Notes under the pieces: model-generated
What the model was told of the DNA's origin: nothing
The model's database searches: none
The model's input: only the letters and a program-made list of their open reading frames with translations
Shown here: in pieces, positions 51,235 through 54,975 of the stretch
Position numbering within the stretch: the stretch's first letter is position 1
Layout of the letters: every line of letters starts with the position of its first letter
Position numbers and translations under genes: made by a program
From: Candidatus Wildermuthbacteria bacterium
GTDB lineage: Bacteria > Patescibacteriota > Minisyncoccia > Minisyncoccales > UBA10102
Direction: 5' to 3'
Length of the DNA: 54,975 bases
Assembly (NCBI GenBank): GCA_016186115.1
Contig: JACPMK010000002.1
Coordinates: forward strand, 340,323 to 395,297

Positions 51235-53118
51235 ATGAAAAACCTATCCAAAAATTTTGTCATTACCATTCTGGTTCTCCTCGGAATCTCTGTTTTATTT
51301 ACCTTTGTCTCGACAAACTCTTTCGAGCGGGCTGAACAGATTTCAATTTCGCAATTAGCCAAAGATGTGAACGCGGGAAAGGTAAAAGAACTCACCGTTT
51401 CTGGTAGCAAAGTAGGGGTACTTTACGCCAATGACAAGCAGGCAGACACTACCAAAGAAGACCAATCCTCATTGGAAGAATCTCTGCTCAATCTCGGAGT
51501 GGACAAACAACGTCTTGGAGAACTCGATATCAAAGTGAAGCCATCCGGAGGAATTTCCAACTGGCTGGTTCCGCTTTCCTTTGTGGTGCTTCCTTTGCTT
51601 TTCTTTATCTTTTTCTTCTGGATGATGTTTCGCCAAGCACGAACCGGATTGACGCAGGCATTTGATTTCACCAAGGCAAGAGCAAAATTATTTGGCGCCG
51701 AGGGTCAGGTGAAACAACCGGTCAGCTTCAAAGATGTTGCCGGGCTCAAAGAAGCAAAAGAAGAGTTGGAGGAGGTGGTGGATTTCTTGAAGAACCCAAA
51801 AAAATATCTTCAGATCGGCGCGAAAATTCCGAGGGGAGTGCTTTTGATGGGCCCGCCGGGCACGGGAAAAACACTTCTCGCAAGAGCGGTCGCATCAGAA
51901 GCAGGAGTGCCGTTCTTTTCTGCTTCGGGATCGGAATTCATTGAGATGTTTGTGGGTGTAGGAAGTTCAAGGGTTCGCGATTTGTTCGCTACGGCAAAAA
52001 AGGCCGGGAAATCTATTATCTTTATCGATGAACTCGATGCAATTGGAAGGGTGCGAGGAGTTGGTTTCACGGGCGGGCACGAAGAAAGAGAACAAACCCT
52101 CAACCAAATTTTAGTAGAGATGGACGGATTCGAAAGGGATTCCACGGTCATCGTATTCGGAGCAACCAACCGTCCTGACGTGCTCGACCCTGCGCTTCTG
52201 CGGCCGGGGCGATTCGACCGGAGAATTGTACTGGATCTTCCCGACGTGAATGATCGGGAAGCAATTCTCAAAATTCATGTTCGGAACATGCCTCTTGCCT
52301 CGGATGTGGAGCTTCGGGAAATTGCCGAGCGCACCCCCGGATTTTCTGGAGCGGATTTGGCAAACCTTGTAAACGAGGCAGCAATTTTTGCGGCGCGCCG
52401 CAACAAAACCCAGATTTTTCAGCAGGAATTCCTCGGCTCCATTGAAAAAGTTTTGCTGGGACCGGAGCGAAAAAGCCATGTGCTTTCCAAGCGCGAAAAA
52501 GAAATAACTGCTTACCACGAAGCAGGTCATGCCCTTGTTGCTGCTGTCCTTCCCCATGTTGACCCAGTACGAAAAATCTCTATTATTTCACGAGGGAGGG
52601 CTGGCGGCTACACCCTTAAACTTCCAAGCGAAGACCGGCACCTGCGCAGCCGTACGGAATTTATCGAAGAACTCGCCGTACTTCTGGGCGGATACGCCGC
52701 AGAAAAACTTGTGTTTGGCGACGTCACTACTGGTCCGAGTAACGACCTTGAAAAGGCCTCGGAAATTGCGCGACAATTAGTCAAAGAATATGGCATGTCG
52801 GAAAAACTTGGGCCTGTCGCCTTTGGTGAGGGCGAAGCAGTGCCGTTTTGGAAAGGAGAGTTTGGGGAACGACCTTACTCTGATACCATAGCAACAACGA
52901 TCGATCAGGAGGTATCCCGGCTTATCGAGAACGCAAGAACTACGGCAGAAAAAATTCTCAAACAAAAACGCAAGACCCTTGCAACCATTGCCCAAGTTTT
53001 GATAGAAAAAGAGACGATCGAGAGAGAAGAATTTGAGAAACTTATCAAACAAGAAACAAAGACGTCCAAGCAAACGAAAAATGCCAAACCGAAAGCTGTG
53101 CCAGTGGCCGCGAAGTAA
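51235..53118 (+). CDS. ftsH: ATP-dependent zinc metalloprotease FtsH
   Basis: 2 [28 protein letters not shown]. Confidence 0.98.
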   Translation: MKNLSKNFVITILVLLGISVLFTFVSTNSFERAEQISISQLAKDVNAGKVKELTVSGSKVGVLYANDKQADTTKEDQSSLEESLLNLGVDKQRLGELDIKVKPSGGISNWLVPLSFVVLPLLFFIFFFWMMFRQARTGLTQAFDFTKARAKLFGAEGQVKQPVSFKDVAGLKEAKEELEEVVDFLKNPKKYLQIGAKIPRGVLLMGPPGTGKTLLARAVASEAGVPFFSASGSEFIEMFVGVGSSRVRDLFATAKKAGKSIIFIDELDAIGRVRGVGFTGGHEEREQTLNQILVEMDGFERDSTVIVFGATNRPDVLDPALLRPGRFDRRIVLDLPDVNDREAILKIHVRNMPLASDVELREIAERTPGFSGADLANLVNEAAIFAARRNKTQIFQQEFLGSIEKVLLGPERKSHVLSKREKEITAYHEAGHALVAAVLPHVDPVRKISIISRGRAGGYTLKLPSEDRHLRSRTEFIEELAVLLGGYAAEKLVFGDVTTGPSNDLEKASEIARQLVKEYGMSEKLGPVAFGEGEAVPFWKGEFGERPYSDTIATTIDQEVSRLIENARTTAEKILKQKRKTLATIAQVLIEKETIEREEFEKLIKQETKTSKQTKNAKPKAVPVAAK

Positions 53119-53136
53119 TCCATCGCGGCAACTCTT

Positions 53137-53213
53137 GCGCGTGTAGCTCAGTTGGTTAGAGCATGGCTCTTATAAAGCCAGGGTCGATGGTTCGAATCCA
53201 TCCACGCGCACCA
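53137..53213 (+). tRNA. tRNA-Ile(TAT)
   Basis: Acceptor GCGCGTG/CACGCGC, arm TGGCT-CTTATAA-AGCCA, GGTTCGAATCC, discriminator A, CCA encoded. Confidence 0.93.
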
Positions 53214-54731
53214 AATTGGACTTCCTGATTTTTTGGAAGCCAAAGCGATAGTTTGCTCGCCGCGCCTCGCGGCGCGGCTCGCAAGGAATTGGGCGGTAAA
53301 ATCAAACGGCGGGGCGAAATCCCAAGAAACATTTTTTTCGGAAATGAGGCGGTTCGTTCCAATTTTTTGCGCAAAATGAGCAATCTCTTGCGGAGATTGC
53401 TCCGAGGCGATTTTTCCCGCTTGAATTAAGGTATTTATGTAATCCCGCATTGGTTCGTTCCACCCGCTCATCCGCTTTCGCAGAAGCGTGTCCTGCTCGC
53501 CCTTCAAGGCGATTTTTTGTTGCACCAAACTTTCTTTTTTTCGTCTGTAAGTTTCCTCGTCAATAAGATTGTCTAAATATCCTTCAAGCAGTTTATCCAG
53601 TTTTTCTTGAAGGGCGAAAATCTTTTTTCTATTCGCTTCTGCGAAAGCGTCTGCTGATTGGGCTTGCGATTTTTCTTCGCGCTCCAATTTTTTCAGCATT
53701 TCTTTTGACCAATCGTCAGGCAAAGCAATTGTTTGCGACTTTTCAATGATTTGCTTTTGCAATTCGCTTTCTTGGATATACTTTTCGGCGCAAGCCCCGT
53801 GTTTGCGTGTGCAACGATAATATCGGTAAAGTCCGCCGTTGCCCTTGGCGAATTGCGCCGTGAACATTGAACCGCAAGAGCAATTGAAAAGTCCGACAAA
53901 CGGAAAATCATGCCGTTTCTTGCTCTTGCGGGGCTTGCGCCTGTTTGCCAAAACTTCCTGCACTTTCGCAAATAATTGCTTTGAGATGAGCGGGCGGTAT
54001 TTGCCCTCGTGGGCTTCGCCGTTCCAGCGCATAATGCCGATATAGCGATCATTGGTCAAAAGATTTTCAATTGAATAATTGGAGCGCGTTTTTCCGCCGC
54101 CAAGCTCGGCGAGGCGAGCCGAAATTGATTTGAGCGTACGCCTGCCGGTCGCAAATTCCTCGTAGATTTTCTTAACGATTTTTGCTTCTTTCGGCTCAGG
54201 CACAATATTTCGCAAGCGGTGGTCATAGACATAGCCGAAAGGTTTTTGTCCGGGCCATTCGCCTCGCCGCAGCTTGGCGCGGTTCCCTCGTCGAACATTT
54301 TCGGCCAGATTGTCCACATAGTATTTGGCGTTTGATAATCCAATAGCGAGAAAAAATTTTCCCGACGGGTTATTTTCAAACGCGAAAGTTGGAAATTTTA
54401 GACCGCCAAGTTTTCCGGTGTCCAAAAGATATATTAAACGCCCGCCGTCGACGGAATTTCTGGACAATCTGTCCGGATGCCATGCCAAAATACCGACAAG
54501 ATGAGGAAGACCGCCGTCAATTTTATTGAGCATGGAATTGAAAATTTCTCTGCCCGGAACTTTGGCAGTTTTCTTTTCAATAAATGTTTCTATGATTTCT
54601 AAACTTTCTTTTTCGGCATATTCTTTCAATTCCGTAAGTTGCGCTTCCAAGCTCAAAACTTGGCGGTCTTCCTCATCGGTGCTTTTACGAATGTAGAGAA
54701 AATATTTTGTTGGTTGCGGTAGTGTATTCAT
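53148..54731 (-). CDS. Large serine recombinase (resolvase, recombinase, Zn-ribbon, coiled coil)
   Basis: YIRKST..RQ..S..Q catalytic motif, DRLSRN, PFGY, C-x-C...YYRC...C; 3' end lies antisense inside tRNA-Ile. Confidence 0.95.
   Translation of the reverse strand: MNTLPQPTKYFLYIRKSTDEEDRQVLSLEAQLTELKEYAEKESLEIIETFIEKKTAKVPGREIFNSMLNKIDGGLPHLVGILAWHPDRLSRNSVDGGRLIYLLDTGKLGGLKFPTFAFENNPSGKFFLAIGLSNAKYYVDNLAENVRRGNRAKLRRGEWPGQKPFGYVYDHRLRNIVPEPKEAKIVKKIYEEFATGRRTLKSISARLAELGGGKTRSNYSIENLLTNDRYIGIMRWNGEAHEGKYRPLISKQLFAKVQEVLANRRKPRKSKKRHDFPFVGLFNCSCGSMFTAQFAKGNGGLYRYYRCTRKHGACAEKYIQESELQKQIIEKSQTIALPDDWSKEMLKKLEREEKSQAQSADAFAEANRKKIFALQEKLDKLLEGYLDNLIDEETYRRKKESLVQQKIALKGEQDTLLRKRMSGWNEPMRDYINTLIQAGKIASEQSPQEIAHFAQKIGTNRLISEKNVSWDFAPPFDFTAQFLASRAARRGEQTIALASKKSGSPIWCAWMDSNHRPWLYKSHALTN
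53239..53416 (-). repeat. Inverted-repeat arm 1, within the recombinase 3' CDS
   Basis: Blocks 53239-53356, 53357-53377 and 53404-53416 are reverse complements of 54858-54975, 54803-54823 and 54772-54784. Confidence 0.95.
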
Positions 54732-54771
54732 AGTTTTATATTTTGGCGTGGCTTATGTTCGGCGAGGGAAT

Positions 54772-54975
54772 GAAAAATCGCCTCAATCCCGCGAAGCGGG
54801 ATATTTTGCGCAAAAAATTGGAATAAAAATTTATTTTTATACATAACTTCGTTATGACGAACCGCCTCATTTCCGAAAAAATTGTTTCTTGGGATTTCGC
54901 CCCGCCGTTTGATTTTACCGCCCAATTCCTTGCGAGCCGCGCCGCGAGGCGCGGCGAGCAAACTATCGCTTTGGC
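54772..54975 (+). repeat. Inverted-repeat arm 2, upstream of the recombinase, truncated by the window end
   Basis: 118 bp with 1 mismatch, plus 21-bp and 13-bp exact blocks, separated by a 34-nt insertion and a substituted hairpin. Confidence 0.95.

Noticed and set aside
54843..54855. ATAACTTCGT resembling a loxP arm
   Set aside because: Only 10 nt match, there is no second arm at 8-bp spacing, and the local CATAAC/GTTATG hairpin explains it. The enzyme here is a serine recombinase, not Cre-like.
54728..54961. 77-aa minus-strand ORF upstream of the recombinase as a directionality factor
   Set aside because: It is mostly a translation of the inverted-repeat arm and hairpins, with no recognisable motif. 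It cannot be fully excluded.

Overview
A 55-kb chromosomal segment that looks like a Patescibacteria/CPR (Parcubacteria-like) genome. This taxonomy is inferred from gene content, with the standard genetic code and TGA used as stop. The left two-thirds is a cell-surface region: a cohesin-like protein, an O-antigen-ligase/TPR protein, a ~1830-aa collagen/tail-fibre-like protein, rodA, ligA, and a type IV pilus locus (minor pilins, PilD, major pilin, PilC, PilT, a receiver protein, PilB, PilO/N/M, ComF; no PilQ seen). The right part holds housekeeping genes (recG, tsaD, valS, PrsW, Hsp20, gyrA, rpsA, ftsH), VirB2-like pilins with a PMT-type glycosyltransferase, and six tRNAs, including the rare anticodons Arg(GCG) and Ile(TAT). 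The strongest candidate for a new system is at the right end. A lone large serine recombinase runs its CDS antisense into tRNA-Ile(TAT) and is bracketed by long modular inverted repeats: 13+21+118 bp blocks, with swapped or inserted hairpins between them. This suggests a minimal tRNA-targeted, recombinase-only mobile or invertible element. Other notable signals are in-frame heptamer arrays in tsaD, recG and a pilin leader, a pseudoknot-like element in the pilin operon, a kissing-hairpin element plus frameshifted GIY-YIG gene behind tRNA-Ser, dispersed palindromes, widespread leaderless-type starts, and a GyrA S83I/A84P-like QRDR. All family calls come from motif recognition by eye; no database searches were run.
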